Source: a virus (Duplodnaviria > Caudoviricetes). From it: a DNA stretch of 50,872 nucleotides. This document shows positions 9,134 through 19,245 of this stretch, piece by piece. Position numbers and translations under genes: made by a program. The DNA lies in the IMG/VR virus record IMGVR_UViG_3300016476_000983, positions 1 through 50,872 of that record, one strand, 5' to 3'. The notes under the pieces were generated by a model. The model ran no database searches. It worked only from the letters and a program-made list of their open reading frames with translations, and had not been told where the DNA came from. Each line of letters begins with the position of its first letter. Within the stretch, counting starts at the first letter, position 1.

Positions 9134-10272
9134 TGGCAACACAGACCGTCGAATTCGGTGCCCCGGCAAATCAAACAGTAACCGCACGGCTATTCGCTCC
9201 GGCGTCAGACACCGTTGTTGCCACTGCAACTGCAACCGCACGGACAAACGCAACAGGCGTTTATACCGCTGCGTACACTGATCTTGCACCGGGACTGTAT
9301 CGACTGATCGGCACCAATGCTGACGGCACGCTGCTTTGTCAATGGTGGGTACGGACGCTGTCGGCAACTGGCACATATCCGGCGACCGAAACTCCGGATG
9401 CGGATTCACTGACGCGGGACCGCATGGCAACGCTGGACGACGTTTTGGTTGCCGCAAACAATAACCAGCGAATGGTGCAGGTTAATGGAAATGGGCATGT
9501 TGCTGCATCAATACACAACGCAGAACCCGATTCCATTCCAGCCGGAGCATTGACAGATGCTGCTATTGTGGAAATCCAATCCGGCCTTGCCTTGCAGTCT
9601 ACATTGCTTCTTGTTGCTGGGTACACAGACACTGAGATTGCGGCGATAAAAGTCGTTACAGACAAGTTGAACACAGGACTTGTCGCCGATGGTGCAGTAT
9701 TCCAGTTTACAGCCAACATGCTTGAACTCGCCCCTGCTGGTGGCGGAGGTGGCGATGGAAGCGGTGACGCGACTGAAGCCAATCAACAACTGATTTTGGA
9801 TCAGCTTGACGTGATTCAGGCAAAAACCGACCTGATTGGTACGTCTCAAGCTTTGCTTGCAGGTGCTGTGCTGACACCTGGCACCATCACTTCCTTCCCA
9901 GAAATACTAACGATTGGCGACTCCTACACAGTTGTCAATGGTCGAGCAATTCAGATACCAATTATCGACAGCAACGGAAACCCCATATCCGAAGCCGGTA
10001 CATTGTTGTTCGCTGATGCTGATGTGTCGTTCACTATTAAACGTGCATCTGACACCGAATCATCTCGAATACTCACATGCAATGCGTCATTCGTTGACCC
10101 GCCCGGAACAGGTACTGGGGAAGGGCCGTATGCCCTCATTGAGATTCCTGCTGAAGAGACAGTCAAGGGTCTTATGAAATATCAGTACAGTGGCATCCTC
10201 AAATTCACATGGCCGGGTACAGCCGATGAAGTCATCTCTTTCGAGACGGGCACGATCACGTTCGACAACTAA
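9133..10272 (+). CDS. Putative virion structural/fibre protein
   Basis: Thr/Ala-rich beta domains with helical middle and poly-Gly linker. Confidence 0.55.
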   Translation: MATQTVEFGAPANQTVTARLFAPASDTVVATATATARTNATGVYTAAYTDLAPGLYRLIGTNADGTLLCQWWVRTLSATGTYPATETPDADSLTRDRMATLDDVLVAANNNQRMVQVNGNGHVAASIHNAEPDSIPAGALTDAAIVEIQSGLALQSTLLLVAGYTDTEIAAIKVVTDKLNTGLVADGAVFQFTANMLELAPAGGGGGDGSGDATEANQQLILDQLDVIQAKTDLIGTSQALLAGAVLTPGTITSFPEILTIGDSYTVVNGRAIQIPIIDSNGNPISEAGTLLFADADVSFTIKRASDTESSRILTCNASFVDPPGTGTGEGPYALIEIPAEETVKGLMKYQYSGILKFTWPGTADEVISFETGTITFDN

Positions 10273-12175
10273 CTCAACCACACTTGAACTTGAAACAGAT
10301 CCTGCTGAATCGTTTATCCGTGGCACTCGACAAGTCGAAGTCCCATCTCCGATTTACGAAAAGCAGGCACTAGCAGGCTTCGAGTGGGTAAAGGTCAACA
10401 CCGTCGAATTCCTTCGTGGATTACCAGACTACGATCCATTCGTTACTGCCAAAGGCTATTACTTTGACACTGAAGAATGGAAGCGTGTCATCAACTTCAT
10501 TGTAAATGAATGCACGTACCCTGAGGGTACGCACACTGGCCTTCCGTTCATTCCGGAACGTTGGCAGTCTTGCATCTACGCCAATCTGCTGTGCTGGAAG
10601 TCCGAAGAGACCGACAACCGCAGATACCGCGAATGCTTCATTTACGTCCCACGTAAGAACGGAAAGACCACGGCATTTGGTGCTGCTATCGGTCTGTACA
10701 TGCACTACTGTGACCCAGAGCAACGCTCACAGAACTTCTGCTGTGCTGCTGATGCTGACCAGGCAAGCGTCGTGTTCCGTCACATGCAATACATGATCGA
10801 GAACAACCCGCGTCTTCTTGGTCAACTTCGTGAACAGCGAGTATTCCGTGCCACCAAACACTTCGAGCACGTTGACGGTGCAACCTTCAAGGTTCTGTCT
10901 TCAGTCGCTGATACCAAACACGGGCTGTCAGCAAACTTCGTGTACGTCGACGAAGTTCATGCCCATCCAAACTCTGAACTGATTGACGTTATGTTGACCA
11001 GTACAGCATCTCGTCCACAGGCACTGATCCTGTACACCACGACTGCTGACTATGACCGTCCCAGTGTCTGTAACACCCTGCACGACAAAGCCAAGGCCAT
11101 TGCTGCAAACAGACAGTGGGAGCCGACGTTCCTGCCTGTCATTTACGAAGCCCAGCCTGATGACGATTACACCAAGGAAGTCGTCTGGCGTAAAGCCAAT
11201 CCCAACTATGGTATCAGCATATTCCCGGAATACTTCCAGCGACTTGTCCGCAATGCTCAAGCCAATCCACTTGAACTGAACCGTTTCCTTCGGCTTCACC
11301 TCAACATCAAGACCAAAACCGAGACAGCGTGGATTCCTGCATTCATGTGGGCCGGTAGCAACCCTAAGGAAGAGGAAGTCCAGTTGCTCTCAGTGTCCGA
11401 CATTAAGAAGTGGATGTTGGAGCACCCATACTGGTCGAATATAGCTTTCTCCCAGAAGTTCACGACAGTACAGACCGTTGACTTGTACATATCCAGATAC
11501 CAACTGTACTGGTCATGGTTCATTCATAAATGCGACGAACTTCGAGACGAAGAATGCTATGCCGGATTTGACAACTCTCGTGTCGATGACTTGGCATCAC
11601 TTGTTCTTTGGTTCCCTAATCAACAGACTATGCTGCACTGGGGATGGTGCCCTGCTCAGTCGATTTATCGCAGAAGTACAGAACAAAACCTTCCATATGC
11701 AATGTGGTGGGAAGCTGGGCTGCTTAACTCCACCTCGCCGCTTGAAACAATTGATGATGAAGCAATTTGCAAGACTCTTCTTGGAGACCAGAACTTTTCT
11801 GGCATCCTGACGCATTTTGGTGGCATTAGGGAGTTGTGTTTCGACCGGTTTGCTTCATACACTGTGCATAAGAAGATTCAGGAATTCGGATACCCAGCAA
11901 GGGCTTACCCACAAACCTTTGCAGGTATGAATGAACCGTGCCGAAAACTTGAAGCATTCGCAATTGACAAACAGTTGTTCCACGGCGGCAATCCGTTACT
12001 GGAATGGCAGATCACAAACGTTGTGATCCACCAAAACATGAACGGTGAGGTCAGACCGAGTAAACAAAAGTCAACCAACAAAATTGACGGTATCATTGCT
12101 GGTCTCATGGCTATGGGTTCCTGGATGTACCCTGAAACCGAAACCATAAGTGATATCCGTGGATTGAAGAAATAG
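10190..12175 (+). CDS. terL: Terminase large subunit (HK97/Terminase_1 type)
   Basis: PERWQ, Walker A VPRKNGKT, Walker B VYVDEVH, WRKANP, C-terminal KIDG; exact start uncertain. Confidence 0.95.
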   Translation: MASSNSHGRVQPMKSSLSRRARSRSTTNSTTLELETDPAESFIRGTRQVEVPSPIYEKQALAGFEWVKVNTVEFLRGLPDYDPFVTAKGYYFDTEEWKRVINFIVNECTYPEGTHTGLPFIPERWQSCIYANLLCWKSEETDNRRYRECFIYVPRKNGKTTAFGAAIGLYMHYCDPEQRSQNFCCAADADQASVVFRHMQYMIENNPRLLGQLREQRVFRATKHFEHVDGATFKVLSSVADTKHGLSANFVYVDEVHAHPNSELIDVMLTSTASRPQALILYTTTADYDRPSVCNTLHDKAKAIAANRQWEPTFLPVIYEAQPDDDYTKEVVWRKANPNYGISIFPEYFQRLVRNAQANPLELNRFLRLHLNIKTKTETAWIPAFMWAGSNPKEEEVQLLSVSDIKKWMLEHPYWSNIAFSQKFTTVQTVDLYISRYQLYWSWFIHKCDELRDEECYAGFDNSRVDDLASLVLWFPNQQTMLHWGWCPAQSIYRRSTEQNLPYAMWWEAGLLNSTSPLETIDDEAICKTLLGDQNFSGILTHFGGIRELCFDRFASYTVHKKIQEFGYPARAYPQTFAGMNEPCRKLEAFAIDKQLFHGGNPLLEWQITNVVIHQNMNGEVRPSKQKSTNKIDGIIAGLMAMGSWMYPETETISDIRGLKK

Positions 12176-12181
12176 GCTGCT

Positions 12182-14065
12182 ATGTTTCAAATCTTTCGCC
12201 GTAAGAATGACACCATCTCAAGAGCAGCAGCCAGCAACGTTATCGGCCAGCTTGTGGACCACATCTGGAATTCTGCCACGACGTTGACATGGTCGAGACT
12301 GTTCGGCACACTGAATCATGAACGGCAGTACGCAGATCAGAGCAGTGCGTCTTTGCGTCTGTCTGCCGTTATGTGTGCTATGAACATCTACACCGGAATG
12401 GTTCAAGCCCTTCCACGTCGAATGTACGCTTTGGACAGCGAGACTGGCGAGAAGACCAGAATCGTTGGCACAACTGCACACCCAGCCAGCCGAATCTTCT
12501 CTCATTACTTTCACCCAGAATTATCTGCGGACAACGGGCTGCTGGCTATCATCTATGATGTACTCATGGACGGTAATGCTTACTTTGTCCGTGAGTTCGA
12601 CAACCAAGGTCGAACAGCCCGTCTGTACTACGTACACCCATCTCGTATTCCTCGTGGAAACATCTTCCGTGCTTCTGGCTCTGAGAGGCTTAGCAACGGG
12701 CGTACAGCAGCACAGGGCGAGTTAATTTATCGCATTGACACAGGACAGTCGTCCCGCGATATCAACACACAACCGTTGATGCTGTCTCGATCCGAAGTAG
12801 TCCACATCAAAGGTAAGGTGCTGGACACGGAGTACCACCGCGGACAAGGATTCATTGCGAACGCAAGTGATTCGCTGCACATGTATCAGGCAGCCGAAGA
12901 CTTCGGACAGAAGTTCTACACTCGTGGTATCGCTACGCAGATGTTCTTGACGACCGAGAACCGTTTGGACGCTCAAGTTCTCAAACGAATCGAAGCCAAC
13001 TTTGCGGAAGATCCAAACGCACCATTGGAATCAATCTTCAAAACTCGTATTCTGGAACAGGGGCTGAAACCTGTCCACATGGGTATTCCGTTCCAGCATT
13101 TGCAATTCATCGAGACTCGGGCTTTCAGCATTGAGGACGTTGCCCGCAACTTCAATATCCCGCCTGTGCTGTTACATAGCCACATGGGAACCAAGGGTGG
13201 AGACGCAAATCTAAGCGAAGCCATTGCCATGTTCGTGCAAACTGGCATTGGTCCGTTCCTTGTTCGTCTCTGCAATGAATTCCGCTCTGAACTGCTTCCA
13301 CTTCCCAGTCAGATGCTTTACTCATTTGAGTTCGAGCAACTGTATCTGTATCGGAACGTGATTGACAAGTTCACAATTGCACTTCGCAACCTGTTTGAGA
13401 CTGGCATCGTTGACCGCAAGAAAGCATCCGACCTTCTTGGTATGCACATTGATCCTGGTGACGCTGCAGCCAACCCGCGGTATGTACCCGTGAACCTGAT
13501 GACCGTTGAGCATTCGCTGCACCTTGAGGAAGGTGCCCGCATTGCCAATGAGATGCAGCAGGTGCAGATCGAAAGTGCTCAGACCGGTATTGAAATGCAG
13601 AAGAAGACCATTGCTGGAATGGTCCCTGCTCCTGCACCGTCTGCTGGTACTGGCGACGGCGGAACCAACAAACAACCGGAACCTCCTTCCGGTCGAATGG
13701 ACAAATCTCCTTCCCAGAAAGGGATCGACAAGCGGCTGCGTAACCTGAGTTCAGAAATTGCTGACAAGGTTTCAGCCGCTGTGAACAACGTCATCAGTGG
13801 GCTATCTCAGTACGAAACTCGGGTACTGGATCAAAAGAAGCAGTCCCGTCCTGATGATTACGATGCAGCAGTGTCTGAGTTCTATGCTGCTGACGGTCGC
13901 TTTTCCACAATGCTCAATGAGCAACTGAAACCGTGGGAATCTTTCCTGGCTGATTCCGTTATTCCCACATTCGTCAATCAGTGGTTGACGAACAAAGCCA
14001 AACCCGAGTTCCACTTTGCATGGAAGGATTTGATCAATGGTCCCGACTCTGATTCTGAATCGTAA
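12182..14065 (+). CDS. HK97-family portal protein with C-terminal extension
   Basis: LSAVMCA, GNAY, VVHIK, ILEQG, QFIETR, VARNFNIPP; position after terL. Confidence 0.92.
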   Translation: MFQIFRRKNDTISRAAASNVIGQLVDHIWNSATTLTWSRLFGTLNHERQYADQSSASLRLSAVMCAMNIYTGMVQALPRRMYALDSETGEKTRIVGTTAHPASRIFSHYFHPELSADNGLLAIIYDVLMDGNAYFVREFDNQGRTARLYYVHPSRIPRGNIFRASGSERLSNGRTAAQGELIYRIDTGQSSRDINTQPLMLSRSEVVHIKGKVLDTEYHRGQGFIANASDSLHMYQAAEDFGQKFYTRGIATQMFLTTENRLDAQVLKRIEANFAEDPNAPLESIFKTRILEQGLKPVHMGIPFQHLQFIETRAFSIEDVARNFNIPPVLLHSHMGTKGGDANLSEAIAMFVQTGIGPFLVRLCNEFRSELLPLPSQMLYSFEFEQLYLYRNVIDKFTIALRNLFETGIVDRKKASDLLGMHIDPGDAAANPRYVPVNLMTVEHSLHLEEGARIANEMQQVQIESAQTGIEMQKKTIAGMVPAPAPSAGTGDGGTNKQPEPPSGRMDKSPSQKGIDKRLRNLSSEIADKVSAAVNNVISGLSQYETRVLDQKKQSRPDDYDAAVSEFYAADGRFSTMLNEQLKPWESFLADSVIPTFVNQWLTNKAKPEFHFAWKDLINGPDSDSES

Positions 14066-14759
14066 ACAGCTACCCAGTAAAGATCAAATGGTTGAAAGCC
14101 GCGTGGTCTTCAACTCGACTGGAGAACTGTTGGTGTACGATTACATCATGCCGTTCAAATACAGTGAGGAAGATACCGCCGTAACACCTGACATGGTCGT
14201 CAACTTTCTGAAAGACGCACCGAAGGAACTGACAGTCCGCATTAACTCCAGTGGTGGTGACGTTGGTGCTGCTCTGGCAATTTACAACCAGTTGCTTGAG
14301 CATGGAAACGTGACGACCATCGTTGACGGTTACGCATTCAGTTCTGCTGGCTGGCTTGCTCTTGCTGGACAGAACCGCCAGATTTGCAATGGTGGTCTGT
14401 TCATGATGCACAACCCATATACTATTGGCCAAGTCAATAGCTTGGCATCGGTCGAGAACCTGAAACAGCGGTGGGAATCGCATCGCGACTCCATCGTCGA
14501 TATCTTCACCTCCAGAACATCTCTCAAGGCAGACGACGTTAAGAACATGATGGAAGCTGAAACCTATCTTGGTGCTCAAGAGTCCGTCAACAAGGGTCTG
14601 TTCCATTCAGTTCGGAATGGTCGACCAGAAACAGCAATCCTTAACTGCCTGGAACTGCCTGAAGCCGCTCGCAACAAGGTTGAACTCCCACGACCTGACA
14701 TTGCGGCACTAAACCGCCGAATGTTGAACATTCGCAGAAACTTTGGAGCAGGTGGTTGA
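14037..14759 (+). CDS. ClpP-like (S14) head maturation protease
   Basis: RINSSGGD, AFSSAG (catalytic Ser), MMHNP, ETYL motifs. Confidence 0.92.
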   Translation: MVPTLILNRKQLPSKDQMVESRVVFNSTGELLVYDYIMPFKYSEEDTAVTPDMVVNFLKDAPKELTVRINSSGGDVGAALAIYNQLLEHGNVTTIVDGYAFSSAGWLALAGQNRQICNGGLFMMHNPYTIGQVNSLASVENLKQRWESHRDSIVDIFTSRTSLKADDVKNMMEAETYLGAQESVNKGLFHSVRNGRPETAILNCLELPEAARNKVELPRPDIAALNRRMLNIRRNFGAGG

Positions 14760-14785
14760 CATTGTTATTCCCACCGTTCTAAACT
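14756..14785 (+). promoter_or_regulatory. Candidate sigma70 promoter for capsid gene
   Basis: TTGACA-18 nt-TAAACT upstream of major capsid gene. Confidence 0.5.
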
Positions 14786-14931
14786 ATGCCTAATCGCTGA
14801 AAGCTACGCACATAAGCGGTTAAACGATTACCTCTCCGCTCACTACAAGGCTTGCTGCCGAGTCCCTTCTTTCTGCCTTGTAGTGAGCTTCAAACAACCG
14901 CCAGCACGTTGCTGGTAGAAAGCACCTAATC

Positions 14932-16407
14932 ATGTTCCGGGCCATTCATTTTGCTGTGGCAGTTTGCTACACGGCATATCACCAGTTCTTCAATGACACA
15001 CCGGTGAAAAACGCTGACGTGTCAACTATGACCTACAGCCAGCTTATCGACGAACGCATCCGTCTGATGAGCCTGACTGAAGGATTTCAGAACAGAGGCG
15101 ACAATCTCACTCCGGCAGAAATGCAGCAGTACGCTGACGCCGTCGACCGACTCGAAGCCGTTCAGAATGCCCACAGCAAGACTGCTGGTGGACTCAAGGA
15201 ACGAACCGACGCACTTCTGGCAACCCAGCGAATCAGCAATGCGACCGGCAATATCGTCACCAACCTCGGGGGTAACATTACAGTTCGTCCTCGGTTTGAG
15301 GACGACAAGGAGTTCTACGGTTTCCGTGACCAGCAGGATTACCTCCGTGCAGTTGTGAACACCTACCGCAACGGTGGGCGTGACGCTGACCCCCGTATTC
15401 AGCGACTGGTCATGGACGCCGTGGGCACCGACGAATTCAGTAAGGCCAACTGGGAAGCCCAAGGTCTCATGGTTCCTCGTGGCTTCATCTCGACCGTCAT
15501 GCAGCTTGAACCGGAAGCTGACCGCTTTACGGCACTCATGACTCGAATTCCAATGACTGCTCCGGTTGTCGATATTCCTTGCCGTGTGGACAACGACCAC
15601 CGAAACAGTGTGACCGGCGGCTTCCAAGTCTACCGTGGCAAAGAAACGTCGACTCCGACGATGACCAAGAGCGCGATGCAAGTGGTGACTCTGAAAGCCC
15701 ATGAACTGAACGGTGCTGCTGCAGTCACCAATCAGCTTATGGCCGACAGCCCAATCTCCATTGCTGCCCTCATCGACGCCGGACTTCGTCAGGAAGCCCG
15801 ATCTTACCGAATGGACGAGTTCCTCAACGGTAACGGAACCGGTCGACCTCTCGGTGTCCTTAGCGACAACAACCCTGCCAAACTCACGATCCTCCGCGAA
15901 GTCGGTCAGGACAACGGTGACATTGTCAACGGCATGAACATCCTGAAGATGCGTCAGCGTGTTTGGGGCTACGAGAGTGCTGTGTGGCTGTGCTCACTCG
16001 ACCTGTACCCGAAGATGTTCACGTTGGTCATCGAGTCGCCGAACAATGCTGGCATCACCAAGTTGTTCTACCCGTCGACCGGCCCTGAACTGCCCGACAC
16101 ACTTCTTGGTCGTCCTGTTATCTGGACCGAGTACATGAACGGCATCAACACCGGTGACGGCAACGTGATCAGCGAATGGAAGGATAATTTCCTTGCCTGC
16201 GTGAATCCCACTCAGGTACTGTACGGCGAACGTGGAACCGGCGAAATCACTCGCTCGATCCATGTCCGCTTCCTGGAACGCGAAGAAGTGTTCCTCTTCA
16301 CCAGCTTTGACGATGCTCGCCCGTGGTGGAAGTCGACCTTCCAGCCCCGCAACGGTGGCCTGACACAGTCTCCGTTCGTCGTGCTCAGCAAGACTGCCGC
16401 AACATAA
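14932..16407 (+). CDS. Major capsid protein, HK97 fold, with N-terminal scaffold region
   Basis: Coiled-coil N-terminus; GLMVP, LNGNGTGRPLG, TLLGRPV motifs; synteny. Confidence 0.92.
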   Translation: MFRAIHFAVAVCYTAYHQFFNDTPVKNADVSTMTYSQLIDERIRLMSLTEGFQNRGDNLTPAEMQQYADAVDRLEAVQNAHSKTAGGLKERTDALLATQRISNATGNIVTNLGGNITVRPRFEDDKEFYGFRDQQDYLRAVVNTYRNGGRDADPRIQRLVMDAVGTDEFSKANWEAQGLMVPRGFISTVMQLEPEADRFTALMTRIPMTAPVVDIPCRVDNDHRNSVTGGFQVYRGKETSTPTMTKSAMQVVTLKAHELNGAAAVTNQLMADSPISIAALIDAGLRQEARSYRMDEFLNGNGTGRPLGVLSDNNPAKLTILREVGQDNGDIVNGMNILKMRQRVWGYESAVWLCSLDLYPKMFTLVIESPNNAGITKLFYPSTGPELPDTLLGRPVIWTEYMNGINTGDGNVISEWKDNFLACVNPTQVLYGERGTGEITRSIHVRFLEREEVFLFTSFDDARPWWKSTFQPRNGGLTQSPFVVLSKTAAT

Positions 16408-16518
16408 CCTGTGTCCTCTCGCAATGATGGACGGCAGCGGTGAAGCCAAAAGCCGCCGTTGCCGTCCACGTTGCAAACTCTTCTTCCTCCCAGAAACATT
16501 CCGTGAAGGATTTGAAAT

Positions 16519-16980
16519 ATGGCCACTCAGAAGTTCAGTCACCTTTCCTCGAAGTACATGGTGGTGCCTCTTGGCACTCTCACCATGAACGGCAGCATCG
16601 GAAACGCTCACGTCATCGCTCTGACTGAGCAGATTGACAAAGCCATGCTGGTACTGCGAGACGCTGTGCTAACCGGAAACATGACAATCACCGTAGCTGG
16701 TTCCACAGTTGCCAACGGCACCTCTGGTTTCACGACAATCAAAACCCACGTGTTTCATCAAAACGGGCAGGACGACTTTGCCGTTGAAGTGGACAGCGAA
16801 GAAATCTCCTTTGCTGAAGACCAGGCAACCATCGCCAACAACGGCACAAAAGTGCGGTTTCTGTCTCTGGTGTTCCGCCTGACCGGCACGAACACCAACA
16901 CCGTCAAGGCAGCCGTCATGGCTACCACGTTCCACCGTCGGGCAAATCTGACTCCAACCGGAACCGGAACCCTGACCTGA
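16519..16980 (+). CDS. Putative head decoration/minor capsid protein
   Basis: Beta-rich 153 aa right after MCP; AAGGA RBS. Confidence 0.55.
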   Translation: MATQKFSHLSSKYMVVPLGTLTMNGSIGNAHVIALTEQIDKAMLVLRDAVLTGNMTITVAGSTVANGTSGFTTIKTHVFHQNGQDDFAVEVDSEEISFAEDQATIANNGTKVRFLSLVFRLTGTNTNTVKAAVMATTFHRRANLTPTGTGTLT

Positions 16981-17001
16981 AGAATGCCGTTCGCGGCATA
17001 C

Positions 17002-17045
17002 AACCGCCGTACAAGTCATGGGGTGCTTGTGCGGCGGTTTGTTTC
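17002..17045 (+). terminator. Hairpin/terminator after capsid genes
   Basis: AACCGCCG/CGGCGGTT stem followed by TGTTT; adjacent TTCG-loop hairpin near 16984-16999. Confidence 0.55.
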
Positions 17046-17059
17046 AAGGAGTCTATGCA

Positions 17060-17719
17060 ATGCCGATGTTTGTTGACCTAAGCACTGAAGCAGCCCTCAG
17101 CACAATTGTGACTGAGGCATTCAAGAAGGCCGTCAAACAGAACCTTGGCTTTGACCCCGAGACTCCTGATGATCAAATCCCCGTGAACATTGATGACCTG
17201 CTCCATCAGGCCATCAGTGTCTGTGAGAAGGAGCAGTGGCGGTTCATACTCAGGAAGAGTATGTCGCTTACCTTACCGCTGCAAGCGTTTGCGAATCGGG
17301 ACCGCCTCTGCTTCCTTCCCTTCGGTCGAGTCACATCTCTGACCGGCTTTAGCTATCTCAAGACTGACGGGACAACTGCTAACGTAACCAGCGGTTACTC
17401 TATCCTGTCACATGAACCATCAAAACTGTGGTCGGAAGATTGGGACACTGTTCTCACCAACTGCAACGAGGAACACCCGTACCCAATTACTGTCACATAC
17501 ACAACCGGGTATGCGACACACGCTGAAGTACCCCGTCCCACAATTCGGGCCATTATGATTTTGGCCTACCACTTCTTCGAGTACCGTGACGCTGTCAGCG
17601 AGAACTCGATGATGAACCTGCCTCAAGGTTATCAGCAACTGCGAGACCTTTCGCTATTGAACGATCATCGAGCGATTAAGTACGTTGCTGAAGACTGGTC
17701 GAAAGTGAGCCGGGGATGA
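17060..17719 (+). CDS. Head-tail connector (adaptor) protein
   Basis: ITVTYTTGY...VP..IRAI...HFFEYR pattern; synteny. Confidence 0.8.
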   Translation: MPMFVDLSTEAALSTIVTEAFKKAVKQNLGFDPETPDDQIPVNIDDLLHQAISVCEKEQWRFILRKSMSLTLPLQAFANRDRLCFLPFGRVTSLTGFSYLKTDGTTANVTSGYSILSHEPSKLWSEDWDTVLTNCNEEHPYPITVTYTTGYATHAEVPRPTIRAIMILAYHFFEYRDAVSENSMMNLPQGYQQLRDLSLLNDHRAIKYVAEDWSKVSRG

Positions 17720-18114
17720 CCAACAAGTACAATCGCCGTGCTCGACCAAACCTCCGGCACCTCTGCGAATTCTGGGTGCCGTCTGCTGAACCGGATGCTT
17801 CTGGTGAACTGAAGCAGGAATTCATCCTGCATTACCGATCTTCCTTTTCGATGGAAGTCCCTCTGCGTCCGCAAGAGATTGGTGATGCAGGGCGAGTGAT
17901 TACAGAGCAGACATTCGTCCTGATTGGGCAATGGTGCAAGCCCGCCAGTCAGATATCAACCAGCATGTTCTGCGTTATACCTTCTCTCCAGAAAGTCTAC
18001 GCGGTACAAGGGCAGGCAACAGATCCATTCGGAGACCGTCGCAAAGTCCATATCCGGATCATCGACAACGTTTCTCAGCCGACCACTATCCAGTTACTCC
18101 CGACGATGTACTGA
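17716..18114 (+). CDS. Head closure (stopper) protein
   Basis: LRH...DASGE pattern; synteny. Confidence 0.6.
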   Translation: MTNKYNRRARPNLRHLCEFWVPSAEPDASGELKQEFILHYRSSFSMEVPLRPQEIGDAGRVITEQTFVLIGQWCKPASQISTSMFCVIPSLQKVYAVQGQATDPFGDRRKVHIRIIDNVSQPTTIQLLPTMY

Positions 18115-18115
18115 C

Positions 18116-18778
18116 ATGGCTACTAAGCACCTCCAGTTTCTGCAAGTCTCTCTCGATGTCCCAAAGGACTTGGAGCAGGCTTTCAGACGTTTGGATGTTA
18201 AGATTAAGAAACACGTGATTCGACAGGCTGTGCGTTCTGCGGTCATCCCATTTCGTATTGCTCTGCAGGCTGACTTATCAGCAATTGACACAGAGCAAAC
18301 CTCTGGTGCTTCGCTTCGTGCCGTGACCACAAAGGTAAAGCAAAGTAAGTCTGATGAAAATCGGTTCTACGGAATCGTTGGTGTTCGTAAGGACTACTTT
18401 GAGTTAGTATTTCCGAATGAACAGTCACCACTGGAACGGCTGGATAAGAAGCTGGGTGTTCGGCAAATTAGCATGGGCGTGATGCGGTACGACAAGTATG
18501 GTCGGCTGCGTGAGAACAAACGGCCTGGACGCAGAGATGTACAAAGCAAACTGATGACTCGCAGAGGACCGCGTAAACGCCGTCCGTCAAAATACTGGCA
18601 CCTTTTGTTATACGGATTCGGTCCCGGCTTTAAGCGTGGCCCACGAACTGGCACAACACGAACACCATTTGCTGGATACAGATTTCTGGAGAAGATTAGG
18701 GACTCTCGACGGAGTGAAGCACGCCGTATCTTTGCCGACCGTTTCCGTGAACTCGTGAAGCAGCAGGTGACTAAATGA
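18116..18778 (+). CDS. HK97 gp10-like neck protein
   Basis: Basic protein with KYWHLLLYG motif; synteny. Confidence 0.7.
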   Translation: MATKHLQFLQVSLDVPKDLEQAFRRLDVKIKKHVIRQAVRSAVIPFRIALQADLSAIDTEQTSGASLRAVTTKVKQSKSDENRFYGIVGVRKDYFELVFPNEQSPLERLDKKLGVRQISMGVMRYDKYGRLRENKRPGRRDVQSKLMTRRGPRKRRPSKYWHLLLYGFGPGFKRGPRTGTTRTPFAGYRFLEKIRDSRRSEARRIFADRFRELVKQQVTK

Positions 18779-19236
18779 GTCCTTACGATATCGACGAAGC
18801 GATTCAAAAACTTTTGCGTTCAGCATTACCCATAACTGTTCCAGTGTACAAGGCACAGTTCGTTGCGTCTCCAGACATTAAACCGTCTCCTCTTGGTTAC
18901 TGTTACTGGAACATCGACCAATACCTAGCAGACCACTGTAGTGAAGGACTTAGCGGTACAAATGGAGAAGTGGTGACGTTTACACTTGACGTTGCCGTTG
19001 CCGCACATGACAATACTCAAAGAAAGTCACTTGCCGCCAACGTCCTGAATACACTTCAGCCTGTTAGTAATGGGCGTCGTAGGCAACTGACAGCGTACAC
19101 CGTTCCAGGTACTTCCGTGCGAATAAACTATCTGCGTATGGAAGCAACCGAAGAAGTTCCTTCAATGAAAACAGGGCAGTCGACGCCAGATATGACGATG
19201 CTCCTGATTACATTTTCTGGCAAGGCAACCTGTTAG
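18775..19236 (+). CDS. Tail terminator protein
   Basis: Size and position immediately before tail tube. Confidence 0.6.
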   Translation: MSPYDIDEAIQKLLRSALPITVPVYKAQFVASPDIKPSPLGYCYWNIDQYLADHCSEGLSGTNGEVVTFTLDVAVAAHDNTQRKSLAANVLNTLQPVSNGRRRQLTAYTVPGTSVRINYLRMEATEEVPSMKTGQSTPDMTMLLITFSGKATC

Positions 19237-19245
19237 GAGATACTC

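Noticed and set aside
11350-11550. Intein in TerL
   Set aside because: Too short; no C/S start with HN end splice motifs
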